Shown here piece by piece: positions 17,242-26,222 of a stretch of 64,000 nucleotides of DNA. Source of the DNA: a virus (Duplodnaviria; Caudoviricetes); IMG/VR virus record IMGVR_UViG_3300020469_000008, positions 138,055-202,054 of that record, one strand, 5' to 3'. The position numbers and the translations under genes were made by a program. Position 1 is the stretch's first letter, and each line of letters starts with the position of its first letter. The notes under the pieces are model-generated. The model was given only the letters and a program-made list of their open reading frames with translations. It made no database searches and was not told where the DNA came from.

Positions 17242-17888
17242 AACTAACAAGAAGACAATTAAGAAAACTAATAAACGAAACAATCTTTGCAGGTGGGCCA
17301 ACTGTTGACAGCCCTGACAAAAGCGTAGGGGTGACAGTTGACATGGGAAGACAAAACCCGCCGATATATCGACCCCAGAGTGACAGAGACGAAGAAATTA
17401 GAAGAACAGCAGATCCACGAATTGTCGATCTGTTAGATTCCGATTCTGAAGCGGACAAGCAAATGGCGAGGACATTAGCTAGCTCTATTGACGGGAAACC
17501 AGAGGCGTATGAGACTTTAACTCCGGAGGAGCGCGAAGCACAGGGTTTGTTTGATGAGTTTTACCCTGAAGATCCGTTTGACGAGCCACACGACATGTCA
17601 GGTGATATGGAAAGATCGTACGCTCCTGAGATACAACAGATAAGAAATGCTATGAAGAAAAGAATCGAGGATGCTATGGACAAAGGTGCTAGTAGTTTTG
17701 ACGATTTATATTCAGCTGCTTATACTACACCAGGTTATGATAACCTGAGAAGACATTTGATGAATTTACCTTTAAACCAAAGGCGGAACGCCAAAGGTGT
17801 TTATGGCGACAAACCCGAAGATGAATTAATGAACATGCCCGGTCAATTAGTTGACATGTATCAGAAACATGATAGCGATCATTATTAA
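17238..17888 (+). CDS. leader-tagged hypothetical protein
   Basis: MKLTRRQLRKLINE leader at ATG 17238. Confidence 0.7.
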   Translation: MKLTRRQLRKLINETIFAGGPTVDSPDKSVGVTVDMGRQNPPIYRPQSDRDEEIRRTADPRIVDLLDSDSEADKQMARTLASSIDGKPEAYETLTPEEREAQGLFDEFYPEDPFDEPHDMSGDMERSYAPEIQQIRNAMKKRIEDAMDKGASSFDDLYSAAYTTPGYDNLRRHLMNLPLNQRRNAKGVYGDKPEDELMNMPGQLVDMYQKHDSDHY

Positions 17889-17898
17889 AGAGGCTGAA

Positions 17899-18360
17899 GT
17901 GAAACTAACAAGAAGACAACTGATCGATCTAATAAACGAAGCAATAGATCCTGTTAGAGTAAAGACAGTAAAACCTGAGGATTATAATCCTCCCCAAGCT
18001 TTCAGCTCTGTCAGTTTAGGAAAGCCAAGGGAGCTTGAGACACCAGCCAAACGCGTTGGAAACTTTTTTGCCACGCGACTGCCTTACAAACCCCCGCGAG
18101 GTTATTCATCATTAAATAAAAGAAAATATTTTTACATGGTTCTTCCTGACGGTGAGGCTATTAATATTGATCATAGAGATATTAGGATTAACAATCAAAA
18201 ATTAGTAAATGCATATTTAACGTTATTAAATCAGAAAGTTACACCTTTACCGATAGAAGATATACATCAACCCACAATTGAAGACGAACAAAATATTCAA
18301 AAAATGCGTTCCCAAATTGAGTTGGTTGTTAATGAATTTAAGGCGACACATGATATTTAG
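17899..18360 (+). CDS. leader-tagged hypothetical protein
   Basis: GTG start after GAGG; (M)KLTRRQLIDLINEA. Confidence 0.65.
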   Translation: MKLTRRQLIDLINEAIDPVRVKTVKPEDYNPPQAFSSVSLGKPRELETPAKRVGNFFATRLPYKPPRGYSSLNKRKYFYMVLPDGEAINIDHRDIRINNQKLVNAYLTLLNQKVTPLPIEDIHQPTIEDEQNIQKMRSQIELVVNEFKATHDI

Positions 18361-18417
18361 ATGTTTGTATGAGTAGAGTAACAGTAATGATACGTGTAAT
18401 AGAGGAAAAAGATACTT

Positions 18418-19074
18418 ATGAAATTAACAAGAAATAAATTAAGAAGACTTTTAAAAGAAACAGTGAATGATGCATTTGTAGTTTCAGAAATACAATCTTT
18501 TGTAGACAACAACCAATATCTAAAAGGCACCGTAGTAAACGAGCAAGACTTAATCCATGACACTCGTTATGTTTTATTTGCACCAGAAAGTTCTTTAGGA
18601 CATATCAAGGACAGACACATGAATGTTGACGCCCCTGGATCAACAATGTATCCAGAAGTAGATTTAAGACAAACGATATCAGCAGTCCTCCAAACTCCTG
18701 AAACATCATCGCCTGAAGATTTTATGGTAAAGTGGGAAGGAATAGTTTCACCGGTAGGACCAATTGGCGACATGGGTGTTGCAGCAGCACCAATAGAAAC
18801 TGTAATGATGATGCAAGATTATCAAATGCCTGGTGGTAGAAATGAAATGGTTAAAGTGGCTCAAGGTCAAAGAATGTCGACAGACGAAATTACACTAGTC
18901 ACTGCAAAATTAGGTCAGTTAACTGACGGAAGGTTGGTTATAAGTTTAGTAACAATGTATCCTGGCGGTTCAACTGTTGACAGTATACCGATACCTTTTG
19001 ATAGAAACCAGTTTGCAGCATCAGGATTATATTTTCCTTTACCTGCGACTAGTCCAATATTAGCAGCTATTTAA
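18418..19074 (+). CDS. leader-tagged hypothetical protein
   Basis: MKLTRNKLRRLLKE leader. Confidence 0.7.
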   Translation: MKLTRNKLRRLLKETVNDAFVVSEIQSFVDNNQYLKGTVVNEQDLIHDTRYVLFAPESSLGHIKDRHMNVDAPGSTMYPEVDLRQTISAVLQTPETSSPEDFMVKWEGIVSPVGPIGDMGVAAAPIETVMMMQDYQMPGGRNEMVKVAQGQRMSTDEITLVTAKLGQLTDGRLVISLVTMYPGGSTVDSIPIPFDRNQFAASGLYFPLPATSPILAAI

Positions 19075-19085
19075 GGAAATTACAT

Positions 19086-19589
19086 ATGAAAATAACTAGA
19101 AGACAGTTGAGAAAGTTAATCCAAGAATCATTGTTACGTGAAGGCGACGTTAAAAAAATGAAGTCAACATACGTTCACAATGATGATGCAGAAGCTATAG
19201 CTAAAAGTCTGCTTGATACAGACAAGAAAAAACCAACATTTAAGTTGCACTTAGATAAACACACAGCATACAACGCGTATATCAAACCAACCGGTCAAAT
19301 ATCTGGTAAGTATCATTTTGAACTAATCGATCCAAAGTCTGGTATAAAATTGGACGGTGGGGGTCACATTGAGTTTCCTGGTTTGAGTGACAAAGAAGGC
19401 ACTCACCTTGGTGGTGAAATTGAATTAGCAAAACATTTAAAACAAAGTAATGTCGACGTCTTTTTAAAAGGAGACGCTAGTACACATTTAGGTTTGGATC
19501 ACGGTAATGTTCACATTTCTGCACCTGACACAGCAATTACATTTGGTGTTAAGGGAAAAATTGGTAAATCTAAAAAGAAGCATGTATAA
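19086..19589 (+). CDS. leader-tagged hypothetical protein
   Basis: MKITRRQLRKLIQES leader. Confidence 0.7.
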   Translation: MKITRRQLRKLIQESLLREGDVKKMKSTYVHNDDAEAIAKSLLDTDKKKPTFKLHLDKHTAYNAYIKPTGQISGKYHFELIDPKSGIKLDGGGHIEFPGLSDKEGTHLGGEIELAKHLKQSNVDVFLKGDASTHLGLDHGNVHISAPDTAITFGVKGKIGKSKKKHV

Positions 19590-19607
19590 AAGGAAGGGAC
19601 AATAAAG

Positions 19608-20588
19608 ATGAGTAGAGTAACAGTAATGATAGGTGCTATGAAGCCAATGACAGCAGGTCACTATCGTCTTATAACAGAGGCTGTTGCGGATTCACAGTGC
19701 CCGGAAGGAGAAACTCCTGCAAACGAGACATATGTTTTAATATCGATGCAAGATAGAATCAAGAAGAATCAATTTCCAGTACGTGGCGAAACGGCGTTGT
19801 CTGCACTTCGTGATATCTATATGGATCCTGCTTCTGGTTTGTTTGAGTTTGGTGCTGACAAGTATATTAAAATGATATTTTGTCATTCAAAAAGCTTTGC
19901 AGAGAAGAATCCAGATAGATTAATAGAAATGCGAGAAATTGTAGAAGGAATTAAAGAAGCATTGTCAGCGCGAGGCTTAGCAAATATAACAGCTGAAGTT
20001 GAACAGGTAAGGAGCGGACCGCCTGACGTGTTGATGGGTCTAGCTGAGTCCCGTCCAAATGATAAATTTATTTTGTATACCGGTGATGATGACCTTAAAA
20101 AATATCAATATTTTAAACGTTACACGCAAAACGTAGGATTTGCTGGGTTTGAAAGATTTGAGGGCGGTATGTCTGGGACTGAGGTGCGCTCATTATTCCA
20201 AACTGATTCAGACGTTGCTGATTTTGATGCAGAAAGATTTGCTTCTGCATTCCCACAAGGTGTCGATCCTTCGCTCGTCCGACAGAAATATAGAGCAGAT
20301 GCTGGTCAAGATCCGTTAAAAGAAGTTAAACGCGCAGACAAAGGCACGCCAGAATATTCAACTTATCTTGAAAAAATGATGGACGAGTTAAAATACATTA
20401 AATCAGGCTATGATTCTAGAAAAAAAGCAAGTGCAAGATATAGAAAAGAAGCTAGCAAAATACAAGACGCATATTCTGAATTAAGAAAACTTAAAAGAAA
20501 AAACGATAAGCTATTACATTCAGATGAAAAAGAATCGTTTGATAGGAAAGCATTAAAAGAGTGGTTTAAGAAAACATACAAAAAATAG
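19608..20588 (+). CDS. cytidylyltransferase-like (HxGH) nucleotidyltransferase with helical C-terminal extension
   Basis: GAMKPMTAGH and MSGTEVR motifs. Confidence 0.6.
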   Translation: MSRVTVMIGAMKPMTAGHYRLITEAVADSQCPEGETPANETYVLISMQDRIKKNQFPVRGETALSALRDIYMDPASGLFEFGADKYIKMIFCHSKSFAEKNPDRLIEMREIVEGIKEALSARGLANITAEVEQVRSGPPDVLMGLAESRPNDKFILYTGDDDLKKYQYFKRYTQNVGFAGFERFEGGMSGTEVRSLFQTDSDVADFDAERFASAFPQGVDPSLVRQKYRADAGQDPLKEVKRADKGTPEYSTYLEKMMDELKYIKSGYDSRKKASARYRKEASKIQDAYSELRKLKRKNDKLLHSDEKESFDRKALKEWFKKTYKK

Positions 20589-20597
20589 GAGACTGCC

Positions 20598-21089
20598 TTG
20601 TCACTAGAACTAGACACCAAAGCATATTGGAAAGATTGTGACGGCAATGATTACGATGATGAGTTTATTAAGAAAGAAATTGAAGGATATGTGGCCCAAG
20701 GTGGTAGAGTATACGTGGGTACTGACAGTATGCTTCTTGCTCATAAGTGCAATTTTGCTTCTGTGATTGCATTTCACTCCCGTGATCTAAATATCGCAAG
20801 GTACTATTACAAGCGTTTTAAAACCGGATCTGTCGAGTATAAGGAGTTACAAGTAAAGATTTTAGAAGAGGTGGCACTTGCAATACAAACAGCACAATTT
20901 GTTCTCAAACTTTGCCCGGATGCTGATGTAGAATTACATATAGATATAGGTACAAAGAAACGCAACGCCACTGCACGTTTTTTTAAAACAATCCAAGGTT
21001 GGGTAATAGGCACCGGATTTGATTTAAAAGTCAAACCAAATAGTTGGGCTTCGTCGCTAGCTGATGGTCACACAAAGGGGAAAAAATGA
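20598..21089 (+). CDS. RNase H-like YkuK-family protein
   Basis: VYVGTDS, EEV, LHIDIG, KPNSWASSLAD. Confidence 0.75.
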   Translation: MSLELDTKAYWKDCDGNDYDDEFIKKEIEGYVAQGGRVYVGTDSMLLAHKCNFASVIAFHSRDLNIARYYYKRFKTGSVEYKELQVKILEEVALAIQTAQFVLKLCPDADVELHIDIGTKKRNATARFFKTIQGWVIGTGFDLKVKPNSWASSLADGHTKGKK

Positions 21090-21508
21090 GTATTATACTT
21101 AAAAAGAAAAAAGGATTATTAACACCAAAGTCACATCCACCAAGCCCAAGCCAGATACTCGGTAGTTTAGGGATAGGTTCTGTACTAGGTGCATCAATAA
21201 ACAAAGAATTAGCAATAGACACAATTATAGAAGAACACATTGAAAAGTTGATAATGGAAAAAATGCTTTTTCATTCAACGCGGCTTTTGCGCGGTCTAGA
21301 TTATTTTCCTACCTACTGTTTAGTCGACGGAGAAAAGAGTGTCAAAACTTTATTTATAAAGAAGCGTGCTTGGATGAATTTCGTCACAATCGATCGCAAA
21401 GAAATGATCGTATCAGGAGCATCACCTGAGGAATTTATTAAATTTCTAAAGAAGAAGCGTTGCAGAAAAGTTAAAATAGATAGGACGCAACTTGAAAAAA
21501 ACATATAG
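21086..21508 (+). CDS. hypothetical protein
   Basis: ATGA overlap; 140-aa ORF. Confidence 0.55.
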   Translation: MSIILKKKKGLLTPKSHPPSPSQILGSLGIGSVLGASINKELAIDTIIEEHIEKLIMEKMLFHSTRLLRGLDYFPTYCLVDGEKSVKTLFIKKRAWMNFVTIDRKEMIVSGASPEEFIKFLKKKRCRKVKIDRTQLEKNI

Positions 21509-21541
21509 ATTGTGTATAATATAAACTCCAAGGAGTAGTTT

Positions 21542-23167
21542 ATGTTAGATTATAATACGTTTTTCCCATACGCAAAACCACGTAAAGAACAACGCAATGC
21601 AATTGAGTTTGCAATAGATGCAATTGAAAAAAGCGAAAAGCGCTTTGTTATTATCGAAGCCGGAACCGGTGTAGGTAAGTCAGCTATAGGTTTAACCTTA
21701 AGTCGTTATTTAGAACAGTCTGTACCGAACAAGGAGGGATTCGCACAAGGCGGTTACTTTTTGACCACACAAAAGATACTCCAGGCTCAGTATGAGAATG
21801 ACTTTGGCATGCCACGTGGTGAGATGAAGTCTGTATACTCAGCGTCTAATTACAGATGCAAGTTCCACAAAGCTAACGATTGTCGAACTTCACAGCAAAT
21901 GTTAAGAACAGCTGATAGAAAATCTGCATTCTTTAGAGCCTGCGCCGGTGGTTGTCGTTATAAGATGGCAAAAAAGAATTTTTTAGAATCACCTGAATCA
22001 GTCACTAATTTTCCTTACTTTTTAACTGAGGCAACTTACAGTGGGGGTATTACACCGAGAAAAATCTTAGTAATCGATGAAGCACACAACACAGAAGCAG
22101 TGCTAAGTAATTTTGTTGAAGTAAGCATTAGCCAATACTTTTGTGAAAAGATTGTTAAGTGTAAGTGGCCTGACAAGATAACACCTATTAATTTTGTGAA
22201 GTGGATTGATAATGTTTATTATCCAAAGCTCCAATCTCAAATTATGCACTTTGAAAAACAGATTGAGGACTTAGGACTAAAGGACAGGATCAAAGAATTA
22301 TCATCAATTGCATTGAAATATGACATGATGACAGGACATTCAGGTAAACTAGAAAAGTTTCTTAAAGACTACGATAAAGATAACTGGGTTATGGAGAAAG
22401 AAGAAACTGAAAAACGAGGTTATGTAAAAGTAAATTATCGTGCCATTGATGTTTCAGACTATGCAGAAGAATACTTGTTTCGCTTAGGGCAAAAAGTAAT
22501 TTTAATGTCTGCAACAATTTTAAATGCAGATGCTTTTGCAGAATCTCTAGGAATACCAAAAGATCAATATGAATCGATTAGTATTCCATCGCCTTTCCCA
22601 GTAGAGAATAGACCTATCATAAACGCGTCAGTCGGTAGTATGAGTGCGAGAACAATAGACGCAACACTACCCCAATTAAAGAAAGCAGTCAAAGCAATTA
22701 TGCAAGAGCATAGTAATGAGAAGGGTATCGTCCACTGTCACACCTATCGCATAGCAAACTACTTAAAAAATAACATACGTGGTAAACTCGGAAAGCGAAT
22801 CTTAATTCATAATAGTAAGAATAGAGATGCAATTTTAAAACAGCACATGTCATCAAAAGAACCAACAGTGTTGTTATCGCCGTCAATGACAGAGGGCGTT
22901 GATCTTAAGGGTGACTTAAGTAGATTCCAAGTTATATGTAAAGTCCCTTATCCGTGGTTAGGTGACCCTATTGTTAGAAAACGTATGAATAAATTCCCTA
23001 ATTGGTACTCACTCAAAACAGCGATGACAGTTGTCCAAGCTGTTGGGAGAAGTGTAAGAAACTCAGAAGATACAGCAATTACTTATATTTTAGATTCTGA
23101 TTGGAGTAGATTTTATAAAAAGAACAATAAACTATTTTGTGAAGATTTTAAAAGGTTGATTGTCTAG
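21542..23167 (+). CDS. DinG/Rad3-like superfamily 2 DNA helicase
   Basis: EAGTGVGKS (Walker A), DEAH, MSAT, EGVDL, QAVGRSVR; Cys residues compatible with an Fe-S domain. Confidence 0.9.
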   Translation: MLDYNTFFPYAKPRKEQRNAIEFAIDAIEKSEKRFVIIEAGTGVGKSAIGLTLSRYLEQSVPNKEGFAQGGYFLTTQKILQAQYENDFGMPRGEMKSVYSASNYRCKFHKANDCRTSQQMLRTADRKSAFFRACAGGCRYKMAKKNFLESPESVTNFPYFLTEATYSGGITPRKILVIDEAHNTEAVLSNFVEVSISQYFCEKIVKCKWPDKITPINFVKWIDNVYYPKLQSQIMHFEKQIEDLGLKDRIKELSSIALKYDMMTGHSGKLEKFLKDYDKDNWVMEKEETEKRGYVKVNYRAIDVSDYAEEYLFRLGQKVILMSATILNADAFAESLGIPKDQYESISIPSPFPVENRPIINASVGSMSARTIDATLPQLKKAVKAIMQEHSNEKGIVHCHTYRIANYLKNNIRGKLGKRILIHNSKNRDAILKQHMSSKEPTVLLSPSMTEGVDLKGDLSRFQVICKVPYPWLGDPIVRKRMNKFPNWYSLKTAMTVVQAVGRSVRNSEDTAITYILDSDWSRFYKKNNKLFCEDFKRLIV

Positions 23168-23190
23168 ATATTATTATACAGAGGTGATTA

Positions 23191-23400
23191 ATGTCAAATT
23201 TTTTAAGAGAAGGTGATAAGGTTTATGTTACTCATAACATGGGAGTAAAAGGCTTTGTCACAGAAGTATTTTATCGTTCAATAACAGCAAACATCGGCCC
23301 AGGAACGCTTTCAAAACAAATGTGGGTGAAATTTAGAAAACACGATACGGGTGAAATTTTAACTGCAAAACGTCAGGATTTAACAAAAGATATAACATGA
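23191..23400 (+). CDS. small SH3/KOW-like hypothetical protein
   Basis: EGDKVYV...GVKGFV; SD GAGGTG. Confidence 0.55.
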   Translation: MSNFLREGDKVYVTHNMGVKGFVTEVFYRSITANIGPGTLSKQMWVKFRKHDTGEILTAKRQDLTKDIT

Positions 23401-23594
23401 ACTGGTTTTTACTACCAAACTGGGTAATATATCTGTCGGTCGCTTTGAATCTTTTACTACTCTATGTCTGCACATTGTATGGAGACGTACAAGGTATAAT
23501 TTTATGTGTATCTTGCATCTTTTGCTTTATAATTACATATAGGATAAATGAACGGGTGCGCAGTGAAGAAAAAGACAAAAAGCAAGGCGATTAA
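23397..23594 (+). CDS. small membrane protein
   Basis: Two hydrophobic segments; ATGA overlap. Confidence 0.5.
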   Translation: MNWFLLPNWVIYLSVALNLLLLYVCTLYGDVQGIILCVSCIFCFIITYRINERVRSEEKDKKQGD

Positions 23595-24411
23595 AGACTT
23601 ATACCTTGATAGACCAACATCGCATGGTGGGTGGCCAGGTGGTCACAGTGGTTCATATCGAGATCCGAATACACCTGTCTATAAGCAGATAGCACAGTAT
23701 TTGAAAGACATGGGTTTGGCAGACGATGATAATCCGCGCGCAAGATTATCTGAATCGCCAGATCAGTTTAATATGTATCAACCTTTAAGCTTGCAAGAAC
23801 CGCTTAACAAGGCGATTAAAGCAATTATAGATATTATTAAGAACACTAATTCAGCGGAAGATTTGCATGCGCAAGCATATCAAATGATGATGTTGCTGTC
23901 TCAAGTAATTTTAATAGAAGCACCAATATCAGAAAAACAATCCTTTTACTTGGCTGCAGCAATACTTAGATACCACAACAAAATGGTGGACTACAAGGAA
24001 TTACTTAAAAAACAATTTGAAGACAACAGACATAAAACAGGAAATTGGTCTGGTACATTTTTTGACTCACCTGATATGGATAAATGGCGTGATATCGATG
24101 CAAAACAAGTAGAGTTTCATCGAGAAGTCGAAAGTATGATAGGTACTAAGATAGAACATCAAGGAACACCAGACATAGATCATTATGTCGTTTATCCATA
24201 TGATATCGATGATTTAAGAAGTAAATTTGTTTCTGCAGGTTTAGCAAACTCAAATGATGGTACTTTTGTTGGTAGGTATGGTAATCCACCAAGTGATCTA
24301 GATAAATCTGATTTATATAGTAAAGCTTTTTATCATGGTGAAAATAGATATTTTGTGAACGAAAACTTAATAAGAAATATAATACGAGAATCAATAAAGA
24401 GGTACTTGTGA
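23548..24411 (+). CDS. hypothetical protein with C-terminal leader-like motif
   Basis: Ends NENLIRNIIRESIKRYL; start codon uncertain. Confidence 0.6.
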   Translation: MNGCAVKKKTKSKAIKDLYLDRPTSHGGWPGGHSGSYRDPNTPVYKQIAQYLKDMGLADDDNPRARLSESPDQFNMYQPLSLQEPLNKAIKAIIDIIKNTNSAEDLHAQAYQMMMLLSQVILIEAPISEKQSFYLAAAILRYHNKMVDYKELLKKQFEDNRHKTGNWSGTFFDSPDMDKWRDIDAKQVEFHREVESMIGTKIEHQGTPDIDHYVVYPYDIDDLRSKFVSAGLANSNDGTFVGRYGNPPSDLDKSDLYSKAFYHGENRYFVNENLIRNIIRESIKRYL

Positions 24412-24638
24412 GTAATATTGTTGAAAGATTAGAAAGACTACGTTCGTTACGCGAAAACCTATGCGAAAAGAGTCAGACTTGGAGTGAAGCTTTCGAAACT
24501 CGTGATTGGATCATAGAAAAAATTAGAGACGTAATTCAGCAAGGTAAAAATGACAAAGTCACTAAAGAAGATATAATTAATAAGTTAGAGGATTTTATTT
24601 GCGTAATAGAACCGCAATCGGATGAGGAAGAACAATGA
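24408..24638 (+). CDS. hypothetical protein
   Basis: GTGA overlap after GAGG. Confidence 0.55.
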   Translation: MSNIVERLERLRSLRENLCEKSQTWSEAFETRDWIIEKIRDVIQQGKNDKVTKEDIINKLEDFICVIEPQSDEEEQ

Positions 24639-25885
24639 ATAGAGACGAGATAATTTTAAGAAAAGCAATGGTGGTTTGTGAGCATTCCCAAGTCCACACG
24701 TTAAAATCAAAACAATTATTACTTGCGTATAGTGATACTTCTGTCATTCAAGAAGGCGTATTCATTGAAACAGGACGCGTTATAATTGATGATTTAATTA
24801 AAAATATATTATCAACTGGAGCAGTTGCAGCAACTGGGGCACTGGGAGGAGATACTATAGTAGATGTAATGTATGCTATTGAAAGAACTTCACAAGTAAT
24901 CACAGCATACAATGCAATTAAATCTGCGGGTGGAATTTTATCTAATCTCTTAGACGACATTGACAATATTCCTCTTACTAGTGACATCAGTACTATACGT
25001 GCAGAAACAGAAAAATCGATAGCATTGATTGCACAACAATATGACAGAGTTGCTGGCACTGATAAAGCATCGAAAGGGTTGGAAGATCTCGAAGAATTAA
25101 CTGAAGAAGTTAAAGAAGAGTTTATGGAATTTTTCAGATCAATTGCAAAGTCTATATCTACTTGGATAAGTACTTTAATTCCTGACGATGGTGGTAATAT
25201 AGGCACTTTTATCAACATTACTTTGGTGAGTATTGTAGAGAAAGGATTAGAAAACCCGTTAGGCGTTTTTATGAATTCTGTTAGTCAGTTACCAGATGAT
25301 TATGAAAGGCTGGTTTTTGATGAGGCTGCTTTGCGTGATTTTCTTGTTGGCTTATGTAATACAATAGCCGATGCAGTTGAGGAACACGGGGGCGGATTAG
25401 CAGGTAAAGCCGCAAAAGGCATCGCATCCGGAGCACAGTCTTATTATGACTTTTTAGGTGACTACACACCGCTTGGATTCGTTTATAGCGGTGCAGGATA
25501 CGTTGGTAAAAAAGCCGGCGAAATGATTGGTGGCGAAGACTCATCTGCTGCAAAATACGGTGAAGCAATGTTTGACCCAAGAAAATCAGTAGAAGTAGGA
25601 AGAGAAAAACTAGATGCATTAATTGATGAATTTCCATCTTACATACGTAATGAATTAATCCCGCAAATACCTGAAGCAGTAGAAACTTATGGTAAGTTTA
25701 TGAAGTATATTTTGTCTTTCTTAAGTTTGTTAGAATCTACGGCAACCGGAGAAATTTCTCAAATCGCGAGTTCTGAAAACTACAATCAATACTTACCAGC
25801 AGAAGATGACTTTGAAATGCAGCAGCAAATGGTTGCAGAGATTAGAAGATCTCTGATGATGCATCAACGTAGGTTGATCGGTTAA
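24635..25885 (+). CDS. helical hypothetical protein (possible virion protein)
   Basis: 416-aa ORF; ATGA overlap. Confidence 0.6.
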   Translation: MNRDEIILRKAMVVCEHSQVHTLKSKQLLLAYSDTSVIQEGVFIETGRVIIDDLIKNILSTGAVAATGALGGDTIVDVMYAIERTSQVITAYNAIKSAGGILSNLLDDIDNIPLTSDISTIRAETEKSIALIAQQYDRVAGTDKASKGLEDLEELTEEVKEEFMEFFRSIAKSISTWISTLIPDDGGNIGTFINITLVSIVEKGLENPLGVFMNSVSQLPDDYERLVFDEAALRDFLVGLCNTIADAVEEHGGGLAGKAAKGIASGAQSYYDFLGDYTPLGFVYSGAGYVGKKAGEMIGGEDSSAAKYGEAMFDPRKSVEVGREKLDALIDEFPSYIRNELIPQIPEAVETYGKFMKYILSFLSLLESTATGEISQIASSENYNQYLPAEDDFEMQQQMVAEIRRSLMMHQRRLIG

Positions 25886-25898
25886 GCAGGATATTATC

Positions 25899-26222
25899 AT
25901 GACAGGTAATGAAAATGGTTGGACTGAGTACTCTCGTTTAGTGCTGAAGGAGTTAGAAACACTTGCTGTTGGTATCAAGGAGTTAAACGAAAGTTTACAA
26001 GATGTCAAACGCGAGATTACCGAAATGAAAGCGAAGGAAGATAAGGTCCAAACACTAGTTGAATGGAAAGGCAGAGTTGATGAGGTAACATCACCCACTC
26101 AGTTAAAAGAGTTACGAGACGAAGTTGAAGATTTAAAATTGTTTCGCACGAAAGCAGTTACTATCTTTGCTGTTATACAATTTGCCATGGCCGCGATAGT
26201 GTTTGCACAGAGGTTTATTTAA
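25899..26222 (+). CDS. coiled-coil protein with C-terminal TM helix (possible holin-like/membrane protein)
   Basis: NGWTEYSRLVLKELE coiled coil; C-terminal AVTIFAVIQFAMAAIVF. Confidence 0.55.
   Translation: MTGNENGWTEYSRLVLKELETLAVGIKELNESLQDVKREITEMKAKEDKVQTLVEWKGRVDEVTSPTQLKELRDEVEDLKLFRTKAVTIFAVIQFAMAAIVFAQRFI

Noticed and set aside
9780-19589. Diversity-generating retroelement or shufflon behind the leader family
   Set aside because: No reverse transcriptase, TR/VR pair with A-specific differences, or site-specific recombinase in the window, and repeats are direct rather than inverted
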